From a virus, in the IMG/VR virus record IMGVR_UViG_3300032087_002150, positions 64,001 through 128,000 of that record: a DNA stretch of 64,000 bases. One strand, 5' to 3'. The notes beneath the pieces were generated by a model. The model was given only the letters and a program-made list of their open reading frames with translations. It made no database searches and had not been told where the DNA came from. Of the stretch, positions 1 to 8,888 are shown in pieces. Made by a program: the position numbers and the translations under genes. Each line of letters opens with the position of its first letter. Position 1 is the stretch's first letter.

Positions 1-235
1 GCGCACTATTAGACGACGCTGCAACTTGCCATCCCGATAAGTATATCGCATGAATACCAGCCTTGACATGTTGTACTGCCTGTTGACCGTTGTATGCTCC
101 GAATGTATTTATATATGGGTGCGTAGCGAACAACTTACGAAGGTTAGTCGCGCCCATCTTTGCTAATGTGTGCTCTACTTGCACCGATCCTTTTAATTTA
201 TCCACTACCTCTGGACTGTAGTCACGCTTCTTCAT
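1..235 (-). CDS. aceA: Isocitrate lyase, 5' part (runs off the window edge; not in ORF track)
   Basis: Manual translation from ATG at 235: MKKRDYSPEVVDKLKGSVQVEHTLAKMGATNLRKLFATHPYINTFGAYNGQQAVQHVKAGIHAIYLSGWQVAASSNSA. Matches the ICL N-terminal pattern (R-x-Y-S/T...L-R/K-GS...TLA...GA...KAG...AIYLSGWQVAA). Confidence 0.9.
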   Translation of the reverse strand, partial: MKKRDYSPEVVDKLKGSVQVEHTLAKMGATNLRKLFATHPYINTFGAYNGQQAVQHVKAGIHAIYLSGWQVAASSNSA

Positions 236-647
236 TGTCTTTCCTCAATGATAACTTTTCTAAACTAATTTTATCTTTCGCCGACATAACGTATGCCGCT
301 ATTGCCAAAATAAGAATACCGCCACTCTCATAAATTATATTCAAAGGTTCAGTGCCTTTGGTTTGTAGTATGATCATACGAGTCAATGCTGTCATCGCAA
401 TGATCAATGGGAGTGTTACTGGTAGTCTATGGTCTTTATAGAAGGCACCAACCATGCCCAATATCTCAGCGTAGATAAAGAGTAGGAAAAGGTCAGCAAG
501 ATCCATCCTACCCTGTGTTGTGAACATACTGATGATATCGTATACAGCCGCCCAGACCGTACCTGCTACAATGAAGAGAAGGAGTGCCTTCTCAATATGC
601 ATGATGCCTTCACCGACACCATGTTTAATCTTATTTTTACTGATCAT
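222..647 (-). CDS. psiE: Phosphate-starvation-inducible PsiE family membrane protein
   Basis: Four hydrophobic helices; LADLFLLFIYAEILGMV...YK..RLPV.LPLIIAMTALTRMIIL is the PsiE pattern. Start placed at MISKNK (647), overlapping the mazG stop; the track ORF starts at 752. Confidence 0.8.
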   Translation of the reverse strand: MISKNKIKHGVGEGIMHIEKALLLFIVAGTVWAAVYDIISMFTTQGRMDLADLFLLFIYAEILGMVGAFYKDHRLPVTLPLIIAMTALTRMIILQTKGTEPLNIIYESGGILILAIAAYVMSAKDKISLEKLSLRKDNEEA

Positions 648-933
648 CGTCTTTAACGAAAACACCATCGACCATACGACCTGTACGATCTTTGATGTCA
701 TTCCACGCGTGGTGCAAACACTCTTCCAAGTTTGTGCCATTACGTTCGGCAATATTTATAAGGACTACCATACAATCTCCGATGTCGTCTTTGATATCTT
801 TGCCCTTACATACGTTGTCGCTCAACTCACCGACTTCCTGAATCAGTTTACATACCTGATCCTTGTCAGTAGCACCATTGATCAGATTACGATCGTGATG
901 CCAGCGAGTTACCATGTGAATCAACTCTTTCAT
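637..933 (-). CDS. mazG: MazG-like nucleotide pyrophosphohydrolase
   Basis: KLIQEVGEL...IKDDIGDCMVVL...AWNDIKDRTGRMVDGVFVK, the typical single-domain phage MazG-like pattern. Confidence 0.85.
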   Translation of the reverse strand: MKELIHMVTRWHHDRNLINGATDKDQVCKLIQEVGELSDNVCKGKDIKDDIGDCMVVLINIAERNGTNLEECLHHAWNDIKDRTGRMVDGVFVKDDDQ

Positions 934-1688
934 AGTTTTTCCTCATACCAGTCAAAGTCTATAAATGTTTTATCCTTCCAAGTTTCTGGATGTTTATTGC
1001 GTTCCCTCGCCATCTCTAATAATTCTTCAACCCCGTCCCAAGTATGAGGATGATAAATGAAATGATCATCATACTCAGTTTTTTCCTGCCCTTCTACAAC
1101 TCTGATTTCTCTACCATATCTGGTTGGACCAATACCCGAACCATCAAGCATCACTCTCTCATATTTCGTCATCAACCTTTCAACGAAAACTCTTGAACCG
1201 CCATGTATGTTTACGAACTCCTCGTCATATCCACGAGTCGCTAGGAAATCTTCCTTGCGAATAACATAGGAGTTGTACTCTACAGGTTCTTCTTTTCCGC
1301 CAGCAAGAGGAGATGCAAACCACATACCTAAAAACTGATTCTCTTGAAGGTTGGGTATGGCGTCTCTTATAAGTTCGATGTTTTTCTTGTCAACTGCTAT
1401 GTCAACGTCAACCAGGAACACCCACTCATTACTTGCCTGTTGTACACCGAGGTTGCGACAACCGTGTCCATTGAACCCGAGATTCTCAGCAACACGCAAC
1501 ACTCTAAACTTACAGTGAGGAGGAACTATCTGTTTCTTGAGGTGCTGCCTCACAATATCTTTAGCATTTTCTACTTCAGATCCATCGTCAATGATAATAA
1601 CTTCGTCAACCAAATCAAAGCAGTCTTGAGACAAATACCTTGTCAACTGCTTCTCATCTTCGAAGTATGGTGTTACTATCGTTAGCAT
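930..1688 (-). CDS. Glycosyltransferase family 2 (GT-A fold)
   Basis: TIVTPYFE, VIIIDDGS, RNLG, DVD (DxD) and GYDEEF motifs; paralog of 11711-12445. Confidence 0.85.
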   Translation of the reverse strand: MLTIVTPYFEDEKQLTRYLSQDCFDLVDEVIIIDDGSEVENAKDIVRQHLKKQIVPPHCKFRVLRVAENLGFNGHGCRNLGVQQASNEWVFLVDVDIAVDKKNIELIRDAIPNLQENQFLGMWFASPLAGGKEEPVEYNSYVIRKEDFLATRGYDEEFVNIHGGSRVFVERLMTKYERVMLDGSGIGPTRYGREIRVVEGQEKTEYDDHFIYHPHTWDGVEELLEMARERNKHPETWKDKTFIDFDWYEEKL

Positions 1689-2228
1689 TTAATCTTTTAT
1701 CCACCACCAAACGGGTCCATTCAATCCAAAAGGATGTCCATATTCTGCCACTGATTTAGCAACTCCTGGGAACTTATCGCCATAGTCGTCGCCGGAAACC
1801 AGTCCACCCTTCCTTACTTTAGGGATCCATGCTTTCATATCGTCAAGCACAGCAGGATACTGATGCGAGGCATCAATGAATATGAAGTCTAGAGATTCGT
1901 CCTGGAAATCTTTCGCGGCATCCAAACTCAATTTTCGAATTAAATGCGCTCTATCTTTCGCACCCGCTTGGAACGTGATCCAATTTTGTAAGTCCAGATA
2001 ATACCCATAGTTGACACTTGTTTTATCTTTTTCGAGATCTTCTGAAGTTGATCCATCCCAGCGCACATTTTTTGTCGACCAAATATCAACACCATAAAGT
2101 TCTAGACCTTCACACTTACTGATTAAATGTTTGAACGTAGTTCCTTGTTGAACGCCAATTTCTACGCCAACTTTGTACTTATTTTCTTTAATCATTTTTT
2201 CTAAAAAGTTAAATCTCGCCATTATCAT
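1689..2228 (-). CDS. Class I SAM-dependent methyltransferase (Methyltransf_24-like)
   Basis: VEIGVQQG, YGVDIW, LDFIFIDASHQY, W.PKVRKGGLVSGDDY. Confidence 0.85.
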   Translation of the reverse strand: MIMARFNFLEKMIKENKYKVGVEIGVQQGTTFKHLISKCEGLELYGVDIWSTKNVRWDGSTSEDLEKDKTSVNYGYYLDLQNWITFQAGAKDRAHLIRKLSLDAAKDFQDESLDFIFIDASHQYPAVLDDMKAWIPKVRKGGLVSGDDYGDKFPGVAKSVAEYGHPFGLNGPVWWWIKD

Positions 2229-3151
2229 AGCACCTCATATGAATTAGAATATGCCCATCTGAGAGCAGAAGTTGCCTCAAGTTCTAGTGGGCGGTTTTTA
2301 TACCAGTTCCCTGTTTCCATATCTAGTTCTTTACACATCTGAGCGATCTGCTGAGCAGTGATAGGATACCCTGCTTTTACTGCATTACAAGCAGTCGCTA
2401 CCATGATGCGATACATTTGATGATACCAACCTGTACCAGAAACTGATTTATAGTCCATTGCCATTTTATTAGGAAAGAAGGGGCAGTCAAGATATCCAGT
2501 CCAAGTCACATTAGTATTAGTTAGACTGTTCTTTCGATGCTCAATGACTGACTCTTTAATCTCCTCAGGCAAAACATCAAGTAGAGCATTGCCAGTTTTT
2601 TCCTGGTACGGATATTTCCTCAGGAGAGAACCCACACTAATTGGACTACCAGTGTTAACATGGAAAAAGTTATGAGCGCCCACATATCGCGCTGGTATGT
2701 AATACATACGCGAAGAATCTTTTGTTTGTTTGTCGCCAAGATCGCCGATGGATTTATTAAGAGCATACCAGAAGTGCTTGATTTCGTCTCCCTCAACTCG
2801 TCTGTCCAAATCGAATACAATGCGGAATTTAATTTTTTCTGGCGTCGAAGAAGCAGTACTGTAGATAACAAGATTAGTATCTGCGAACCGATTAATAATT
2901 CCATCAATAGTTCCCTCATAGTCGTCCACGTCAACGCATGCCCAGTTTCCCCAGTACTCGACATTTCTGTTTGCACGTGTTGTCCCCTCTTTATAAACAG
3001 CAGGGGATATTAGTTCAGCATCCTTCTTACCAGCAAGAGGTTGCTTTGATAGTTGTTCAAGAAGATAAACGAATGAATCCCAATCAGGCATGTTCAAATA
3101 CCTGTGGGTTTTATTATCGAATGCGTTCTTGAATATGGTTAGTTCATACAT
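2225..3151 (-). CDS. AEP-superfamily primase/polymerase-like protein
   Basis: ACVDVDD (DxD), YSTASS...KFRIVF and D..TKDSSRMYYIP motifs of AEP/primpol-like domains, plus a helical C-terminal domain. Confidence 0.6.
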   Translation of the reverse strand: MYELTIFKNAFDNKTHRYLNMPDWDSFVYLLEQLSKQPLAGKKDAELISPAVYKEGTTRANRNVEYWGNWACVDVDDYEGTIDGIINRFADTNLVIYSTASSTPEKIKFRIVFDLDRRVEGDEIKHFWYALNKSIGDLGDKQTKDSSRMYYIPARYVGAHNFFHVNTGSPISVGSLLRKYPYQEKTGNALLDVLPEEIKESVIEHRKNSLTNTNVTWTGYLDCPFFPNKMAMDYKSVSGTGWYHQMYRIMVATACNAVKAGYPITAQQIAQMCKELDMETGNWYKNRPLELEATSALRWAYSNSYEVL

Positions 3152-3327
3152 TATTTTTCATAGGTTTTAACTATGCTGGACTTAATAACGTCCTCAAGTT
3201 TACCTTCAGTCAGATTCCAAACAACGATGCGTTCGCTGTTAGGGTTAACAGGTAAGTTATGTTCTTTGTACTCAATGGTTTTTTCTTCACCAGTTTTCCA
3301 ATGCTTAAATGTCATATATTTTTTCAT
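3151..3327 (-). CDS. Small hypothetical protein (58 aa; not in ORF track)
   Basis: Manual translation MKKYMTFKHWKTGEEKTIEY...VKTYEK; fills the gap exactly with 1-nt overlaps at both ends. Confidence 0.65.
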   Translation of the reverse strand: MKKYMTFKHWKTGEEKTIEYKEHNLPVNPNSERIVVWNLTEGKLEDVIKSSIVKTYEK

Positions 3328-3941
3328 CAATATTCCAAGAAGGCGATAGCATTACAGTCTTTACCCTGACTGTATGGTTGGATGTAACTTATCTCCCATC
3401 CAGAGTTTCTCGCCGCTAGAAGAACATCTGGTTGATCAATGTTATCTATCAACAATTGCTTCACGCCAAAATCTAAACAACATTTCAAATCAATAACAGT
3501 ATTTTGATATGTGTGCGCGCCATCAATCAAGGCGAAATCAAACGGAGCGGATTTGTCTAGATCAGAGTACGCAAAAATTGTTCGTTGACTAACCCAGTTA
3601 AATCTATCGCCATACTTTTCTTTCATTACCTTTGCCATCATCGCTCTAGTATCTGCTGTGTGTTTTTCTAAATCCTCCGGAACCTCGCCCTTTATTTTCT
3701 TCTTTTGCCTTTCTAAAACATGCTTGGCAACAGATTCATAACCAGGACTCACTGTGGTAACTTTTGCTTGTTTAAAGATTTCAAGTAGGTACGTTGTAGA
3801 GTGACCAAGATGAAATCCTATCTCCAGTATGTTTGTAGGTTCCCACCTGCCTTGTATTTGTTCAAAGAAATCAAAAATATGATTTGTTGGAGGCAAGTGC
3901 CCCCAACCATATTCGAGTTCAACTAGATGATCTAAGTTCAT
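3327..3941 (-). CDS. Class I SAM-dependent methyltransferase (Methyltransf_24-like)
   Basis: ILEIGFHLGHS, FDFALIDGAHTY, LLIDN. Confidence 0.8.
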   Translation of the reverse strand: MNLDHLVELEYGWGHLPPTNHIFDFFEQIQGRWEPTNILEIGFHLGHSTTYLLEIFKQAKVTTVSPGYESVAKHVLERQKKKIKGEVPEDLEKHTADTRAMMAKVMKEKYGDRFNWVSQRTIFAYSDLDKSAPFDFALIDGAHTYQNTVIDLKCCLDFGVKQLLIDNIDQPDVLLAARNSGWEISYIQPYSQGKDCNAIAFLEY

Positions 3942-6457
3942 GCGAAAAAATCTTCAAGACTTACTGACTCTTCTTCTTTCCAACCTATCGCCTCAAGCAC
4001 AGGTCGTACCACTGCCAGGAATGCCTTTTCAAACTGCTGTTCATAATCTATGTATTTATGCAACCCAAACTCCTCGGGAAGGAAATCGTAGAAAGCAATG
4101 ATGTTTTCCTTGATAGGGTTCTTTTCGTCAAGGTAGAGAAACTTAATCTTCTCCCCGTCCTTGATTATATTATACCTGCGATCCAATCCTTTGTCAAGCA
4201 ATAGTTTGTTATAAAGCAGAGATCCGCGCACGTGAATGGGGCAACCCTTTTTGTAGATTTCCTTCGCGTCTCTCCACTTACCAACGTCAGATACTCCGCG
4301 AGGAAAGGCAATCTCGTGAGGATCAAGATTGATGAAATGTTCCTTGAACATACGAATAGAGTTTTGCGTTTGCTTTTCAGTTCCCGATATCATGACAGAA
4401 AACAATGCCTTCAAGGCATCACGACAAGAGGCGGGAGTGGATGACTTGACTGCCTCAATACCCATGATCTTTAGTTTGGGTTTGGCATACTGTACACCCT
4501 CGCTGTTATGTACGTTGAGGATGTATCGCTTCTTCGCTGTCCAGATACCTGCGTCAGCGATTACCTCGCGACCCATTACCATCTTGTTCTCATATGCGTT
4601 CATGTACTCGGCAAGTTCATTGTACGATCGCTCGAACAGGGGTTCAAACTTTTCCTCGCCAATCTGCGACAGGATCTGTACAGTCTGATCTGTATCAGTC
4701 AGTCCCATCTTCTCAACGAGAGGACCGAAGTTAACATACACCGAATCAGTGTCAATCGCGATAACGTAGTCAACTCCTTCGGTCTCCAATATCTTGTTCA
4801 TGTATTCGTTGACTGCCTTCTCTGCCCAACGGATAGACAACTGACCTGACATCGTAATCGCTTCTGCCATGCGAATGTCATAGTAACGAAACCAGCGATT
4901 ACCCAACCCACCATAAAGTGAGTTCATCATAATCTTGATCGCCATTTGTTGAGTATCAAGTTTGGTCACCATCTTCGAGGCACCTTTATCACCCTTCTCA
5001 ACTTGAGATTGTAGTCCAAGCATATGCTTCTTTATTTGTTTACGCTCGGCATACAGACCATCAATCACTGCTGGTAGAACACCACGGAAGTCTTTGGAGA
5101 AGTGTACACCGTTGGCGGCGATACAGTCATGCGGCGACTTACTATCGGGTCTCTCCCGAGCGAGGCAGTTATCAACAGTGACACCAGAGGTGCGTGTACT
5201 CACGATAGTCTCAGGCGACATATTATACTGCATGATCAGGTGAGGATACAGACTGTTCAAGTCAAACGAGATAACCCATGAGTGACGACCGATATGCGGT
5301 GCCTTCACATAACCACCACCGAAGTCAGTTTTCATATGTTCTTTCTTGGGCGGCACGACGATCTTGCGTTTACACAGTTCGCGATAGATGTAGGTATCCC
5401 ACAACTGCGTAGTCCCGAATGCTTCCTGATAGTTACAACCACCCTTGTACGCGATAGTCATAGCAAGGTCAATCAAACCCATCTTCTCGTCGATGCGCTC
5501 GACCAACTGGACGTCTTTGATGTTGTAGTCGATAAACTTCTGATAATCTTCCTTGTACAGCGTGTACAGATTACCGTGCTCCTCGTAGGATAGTTTCTTC
5601 TCACCGAGTACAACGTTCGCGATATGATCCAGCTTGTATGACTCCTGTACGCCATACGAGTACACGCCAAACTTTTGAAAGAGATCCCAGTAATCTAGTT
5701 GCTCAATGCCGACCAACTCATAGACCTGCTGCTTTCTACCCTTGAGACTGATTACTTTTTCTCGAACGATACCCCATGGCGACATCTTCTTGAAGGCATC
5801 GCCGCCCAGTATATTGTTGACTCGATTGACAAGATACGGGATATCAAACAGTCGGACGTTCCAACCTGTTACGACATCGGGACAGGTATCTTTACCGTTC
5901 CAGAAACCAAGGAACTTGAGGATGAGATCTAGTTCGCCATCGCACTTGATAAACTTGATATGTTCAGGAGCAACGTCGATCTGAGTTTTCTCAGGATCAT
6001 ACTTGTCTTCAAGTGCCCAGATGAAAAAGTCAGGGCGACCATGATACTTGAGACAGATAGATTGTACTTCTTTTTCTGCTCGCTCAGGTTCAGGGAATCC
6101 GTCATCGGACTCAACCTCGATGTCGATGTTAGCAACGAGAATCTGAGCAGGGTCGTACGATATTTCGTTGGGATAATGCTTCTGTATGTACTGAGCGGCA
6201 AAGTTATTGTTACCGTGTACCTCAACATTATCTACGTTGTCATAGTTCTTCCAGAACTCAGTTGCCTCGGACAACGTTTCAAACTGTACCTCAGACACGC
6301 AACGACCGTCGAGCGTCTTCCACTCGGAGTCTGGTTTATTTGCGGGGAGATACATAACAGGTTTGAAGGTGTCGCGATACTGCTTGCGTACACCGTTCTC
6401 GTATCCTCGGTAGCAAATACTGTTACCGATACGAGAAATATTAGTATAAAACTTCAT
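3938..6457 (-). CDS. 43: DNA polymerase, family B (T4 gp43-like)
   Basis: DIEV exonuclease motif, SFDLNSLYPH, KIMMNSLYG, IDTDS, KKRY; C-terminal clamp-binding tail SLEDFFA. Confidence 0.98.
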   Translation of the reverse strand: MKFYTNISRIGNSICYRGYENGVRKQYRDTFKPVMYLPANKPDSEWKTLDGRCVSEVQFETLSEATEFWKNYDNVDNVEVHGNNNFAAQYIQKHYPNEISYDPAQILVANIDIEVESDDGFPEPERAEKEVQSICLKYHGRPDFFIWALEDKYDPEKTQIDVAPEHIKFIKCDGELDLILKFLGFWNGKDTCPDVVTGWNVRLFDIPYLVNRVNNILGGDAFKKMSPWGIVREKVISLKGRKQQVYELVGIEQLDYWDLFQKFGVYSYGVQESYKLDHIANVVLGEKKLSYEEHGNLYTLYKEDYQKFIDYNIKDVQLVERIDEKMGLIDLAMTIAYKGGCNYQEAFGTTQLWDTYIYRELCKRKIVVPPKKEHMKTDFGGGYVKAPHIGRHSWVISFDLNSLYPHLIMQYNMSPETIVSTRTSGVTVDNCLARERPDSKSPHDCIAANGVHFSKDFRGVLPAVIDGLYAERKQIKKHMLGLQSQVEKGDKGASKMVTKLDTQQMAIKIMMNSLYGGLGNRWFRYYDIRMAEAITMSGQLSIRWAEKAVNEYMNKILETEGVDYVIAIDTDSVYVNFGPLVEKMGLTDTDQTVQILSQIGEEKFEPLFERSYNELAEYMNAYENKMVMGREVIADAGIWTAKKRYILNVHNSEGVQYAKPKLKIMGIEAVKSSTPASCRDALKALFSVMISGTEKQTQNSIRMFKEHFINLDPHEIAFPRGVSDVGKWRDAKEIYKKGCPIHVRGSLLYNKLLLDKGLDRRYNIIKDGEKIKFLYLDEKNPIKENIIAFYDFLPEEFGLHKYIDYEQQFEKAFLAVVRPVLEAIGWKEEESVSLEDFFA

Positions 6458-6481
6458 TCACTACTCCATTACAGAGTATCT

Positions 6482-6510
6482 ATTGTAACCTATTTTGAAA
6501 GAAAAAGCAA
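6482..6510 (-). promoter_or_regulatory. Sigma70-type promoter for gp43
   Basis: TTGCTT-N17-TACAAT on the minus strand just upstream of gp43. Confidence 0.65.
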
Positions 6511-6513
6511 GTA

Positions 6514-7146
6514 TTATGATATCTTGGATGCCACGACCTCAACAGTTTTACTTCCTTCTGTTCCAACTGCTGCGACTCCTAACACATAGGTTCCATTGAG
6601 ATCAGCATCATCGCCAGTTTCGCCACTAATTGTAAAACGAACAGAATTTGTTAGAAGTTGTTGTGAAGGAACCAACGTTTGGCTTGATCCAAGGGATTGT
6701 GTTACAGTCGGACCAGAGTTGGCGTCAACATATGCTTTTACTGCTGCTTGAGTTGCGATTCTTGTTGAACTATTCGCGGCAAGGTTGGCGTCATTATCCC
6801 ATCCTTCAACATTGATTGCCCCATCATTGAGATTGGCAAAAGTAAGGTCATCAACAGTGAGATTACCAAGGGATCCACCACTAGGACCAGAAAGTCCACC
6901 AGTGATTTCTGTACTACTGCCTGAAACAGAAAGACTTGCTCCTCCTGCTCCAGACAAACTACCACCAGATATTGTCACGCCACCAATGTCGCCTGTTGTT
7001 GCGGTCAGATCACCACTTGCTTGATCAAGAATAATGCTGCCAACGTTGGCGGTGACATCTGAAATGATTTCAGAACCATCGAAGTGCATCTCATCAGTAA
7101 AAAATTCTGATACTAACTCATTATCCAGTAAAGGGTTTCTTGGCAT
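6514..7146 (-). CDS. Gly/Ser/Thr-rich putative virion (fibre-like) protein
   Basis: Low-complexity beta-type composition; the ATQAAVKAYVD motif is common in phage fibre proteins; own late promoter at 7165-7171 and GGAGG RBS. Confidence 0.55.
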   Translation of the reverse strand: MPRNPLLDNELVSEFFTDEMHFDGSEIISDVTANVGSIILDQASGDLTATTGDIGGVTISGGSLSGAGGASLSVSGSSTEITGGLSGPSGGSLGNLTVDDLTFANLNDGAINVEGWDNDANLAANSSTRIATQAAVKAYVDANSGPTVTQSLGSSQTLVPSQQLLTNSVRFTISGETGDDADLNGTYVLGVAAVGTEGSKTVEVVASKIS

Positions 7147-7164
7147 AACTTATTCCTCCGACAT

Positions 7165-7171
7165 TATTTAG
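7165..7171 (-). promoter_or_regulatory. T4-type late promoter (CTAAATA)
   Basis: Variant of the TATAAATA late box upstream of the 6514-7146 gene. Confidence 0.55.
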
Positions 7172-8016
7172 TCTTCAATGATCACGAAGTCTCTGCTCCA
7201 AGTCGGACCAGTTAGTGGATTAACCTTCTCATTAGAGTATGACCCATCCTCTTGTATAAACTTCATAGTGTCGAAAATATTTTCATCCAGTTTATATTTT
7301 GTATTGTTGGTGTTGCCGCCATTTCTAAAGAAGAACTGTTTACAGGCAGGATCTAGTAACTCGTATCCCATGCCTTTTTGACACATGTAAACTGTTTCTG
7401 ATAAACAAGTCTTATCAATATCAACCCTTGCTTTCGTTGGCGCCAACACTTGATAACCATCAAAATCTAGTAGATCTTCCCTCGTCTCCAGATACAACAT
7501 TGTGCCGAATGGACCAGAAACTCTGTGGTCCATATATGGGAAGTTATACAGTAAGTCAACAAACTTCTTGGCGTACCTTTCAGACAACCCATAGAACTCC
7601 ATACAAGTTCCTGGCATAAAAATATCAACCTCACCCCAATACTCATCTACCATGTAACGGAAACTTTCTTCGTTAATCAGGGCAGCGTCATGCTCCATGA
7701 TAGCGATAGGTTCACCAGCGGCGATGCGTTCAATCAACATCAGTTGAGAATGCATGATCGAGTTATGTATTTCGTTGTCGCAGAACGTACCACCAAAGAA
7801 CCTTGCGCGCAAGTAATCTTTCCCATCATCCTCTACATAGAACGGGATTGGTTCTTCGTTCTTTTGAAATCGAATCGGGAGAGTTTTGGGTGTCGTGCAT
7901 TGAACAGGCGTGATGTTAACTATGTCACGAACTGGTTCAAAAGATTTTAGAGAAAGGTCAAGATACCGCATTGACAATTCATTATCAAAGTCACATATTA
8001 TAAATGCTTCAATCAT
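7168..8016 (-). CDS. Putative GT25-like glycosyltransferase
   Basis: N-terminal AFII strand; E.....HS..L.....PIAIMEHDA resembles the GT25 motif E.GC..SH..LW......ILEDD. Divergent. Confidence 0.45.
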   Translation of the reverse strand: MIEAFIICDFDNELSMRYLDLSLKSFEPVRDIVNITPVQCTTPKTLPIRFQKNEEPIPFYVEDDGKDYLRARFFGGTFCDNEIHNSIMHSQLMLIERIAAGEPIAIMEHDAALINEESFRYMVDEYWGEVDIFMPGTCMEFYGLSERYAKKFVDLLYNFPYMDHRVSGPFGTMLYLETREDLLDFDGYQVLAPTKARVDIDKTCLSETVYMCQKGMGYELLDPACKQFFFRNGGNTNNTKYKLDENIFDTMKFIQEDGSYSNEKVNPLTGPTWSRDFVIIED

Positions 8017-8025
8017 GATATAAGG

Positions 8026-8433
8026 TTAGTGCTTGACTCCTATGTTATATTTTGGGCAGAGTTCCCATTCACTTTTTTCTCGGAAAGAAACTACTTTGAT
8101 CTGACGAAGAGGTGCTTTGTCTGCTGCCTTCGATGAGTTGATGATGTTGACCAAACCCCAATCGCTCAGTAGAGTTGCGATTGTATTTCTTCGAGCAACG
8201 TCTGCCTCTTCCAAAGTTGCCTTTTTCCCATCCAGTAGGAATAATTCTTTGAAGTGTACAATAAAATACCTACCCTGTTTGTGCAGGATATGGCAAGATT
8301 GGAATAGTTTCTTTTCCTTTCTAGACGCTATTCCTATTCGCGTTAGTGTTTCGCGAACCTTTAGGAAATCGTCTGGTTCATTCAGCGTGACCTCCAGCAT
8401 ATCTGCTGGCGTCCATGATAGTACCTGTTCCAT
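8026..8433 (-). CDS. regA: Translational repressor RegA
   Basis: DDFLKVRETLTRIGIAS...LFQSCHILHKQGRYFIVHFKELF.LDG...RRNTIA.LL.DWGL. Confidence 0.97.
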   Translation of the reverse strand: MEQVLSWTPADMLEVTLNEPDDFLKVRETLTRIGIASRKEKKLFQSCHILHKQGRYFIVHFKELFLLDGKKATLEEADVARRNTIATLLSDWGLVNIINSSKAADKAPLRQIKVVSFREKSEWELCPKYNIGVKH

Positions 8434-8498
8434 ACAACGGATCCCATATATAAAGTTATACTTGTTATTTTCACTGACAGGTTTATTCTGTCATAGGT

Positions 8499-8879
8499 CT
8501 ATTTAGTGTTTTTCCCTCCTTTGAAAATCCTACTGGACAAGACCTTGAGATCATCTTCGCTGAACAAGTCTAAAACTGCTTCTGCTTTGGCGGTGCTGTA
8601 CCCATACACCTCTTTGATTAAGTCAATCGCATCTATTTTTTCTTTCTTCGCCCACTTACTAAATCGCTTCCTGGGTCTGATCGCATTACGGAGGAAGTCA
8701 AACTGTAGGCGACCATCAAGATGATGATTCCTGTTCATCTCGTTGGCAAGTAGGACGGTATCGCGGAAATAAGAAAGACCACGGTTTACCATGAACGAAG
8801 GATACTTGCTTTCGTTCTCGGCATCAAGCACATCTTTCTTACTGTGGTTTACGCTGTTCAGTACATCAAAGGGATTCAT
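8499..8879 (-). CDS. 62: Clamp loader small subunit (gp62)
   Basis: FMVNRGLS...LLANEMN...QFDFL...RKRFSKWAK...YGYS..KA; lies just upstream of regA. Confidence 0.92.
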   Translation of the reverse strand: MNPFDVLNSVNHSKKDVLDAENESKYPSFMVNRGLSYFRDTVLLANEMNRNHHLDGRLQFDFLRNAIRPRKRFSKWAKKEKIDAIDLIKEVYGYSTAKAEAVLDLFSEDDLKVLSSRIFKGGKNTK

Positions 8880-8888
8880 AATATAGTC

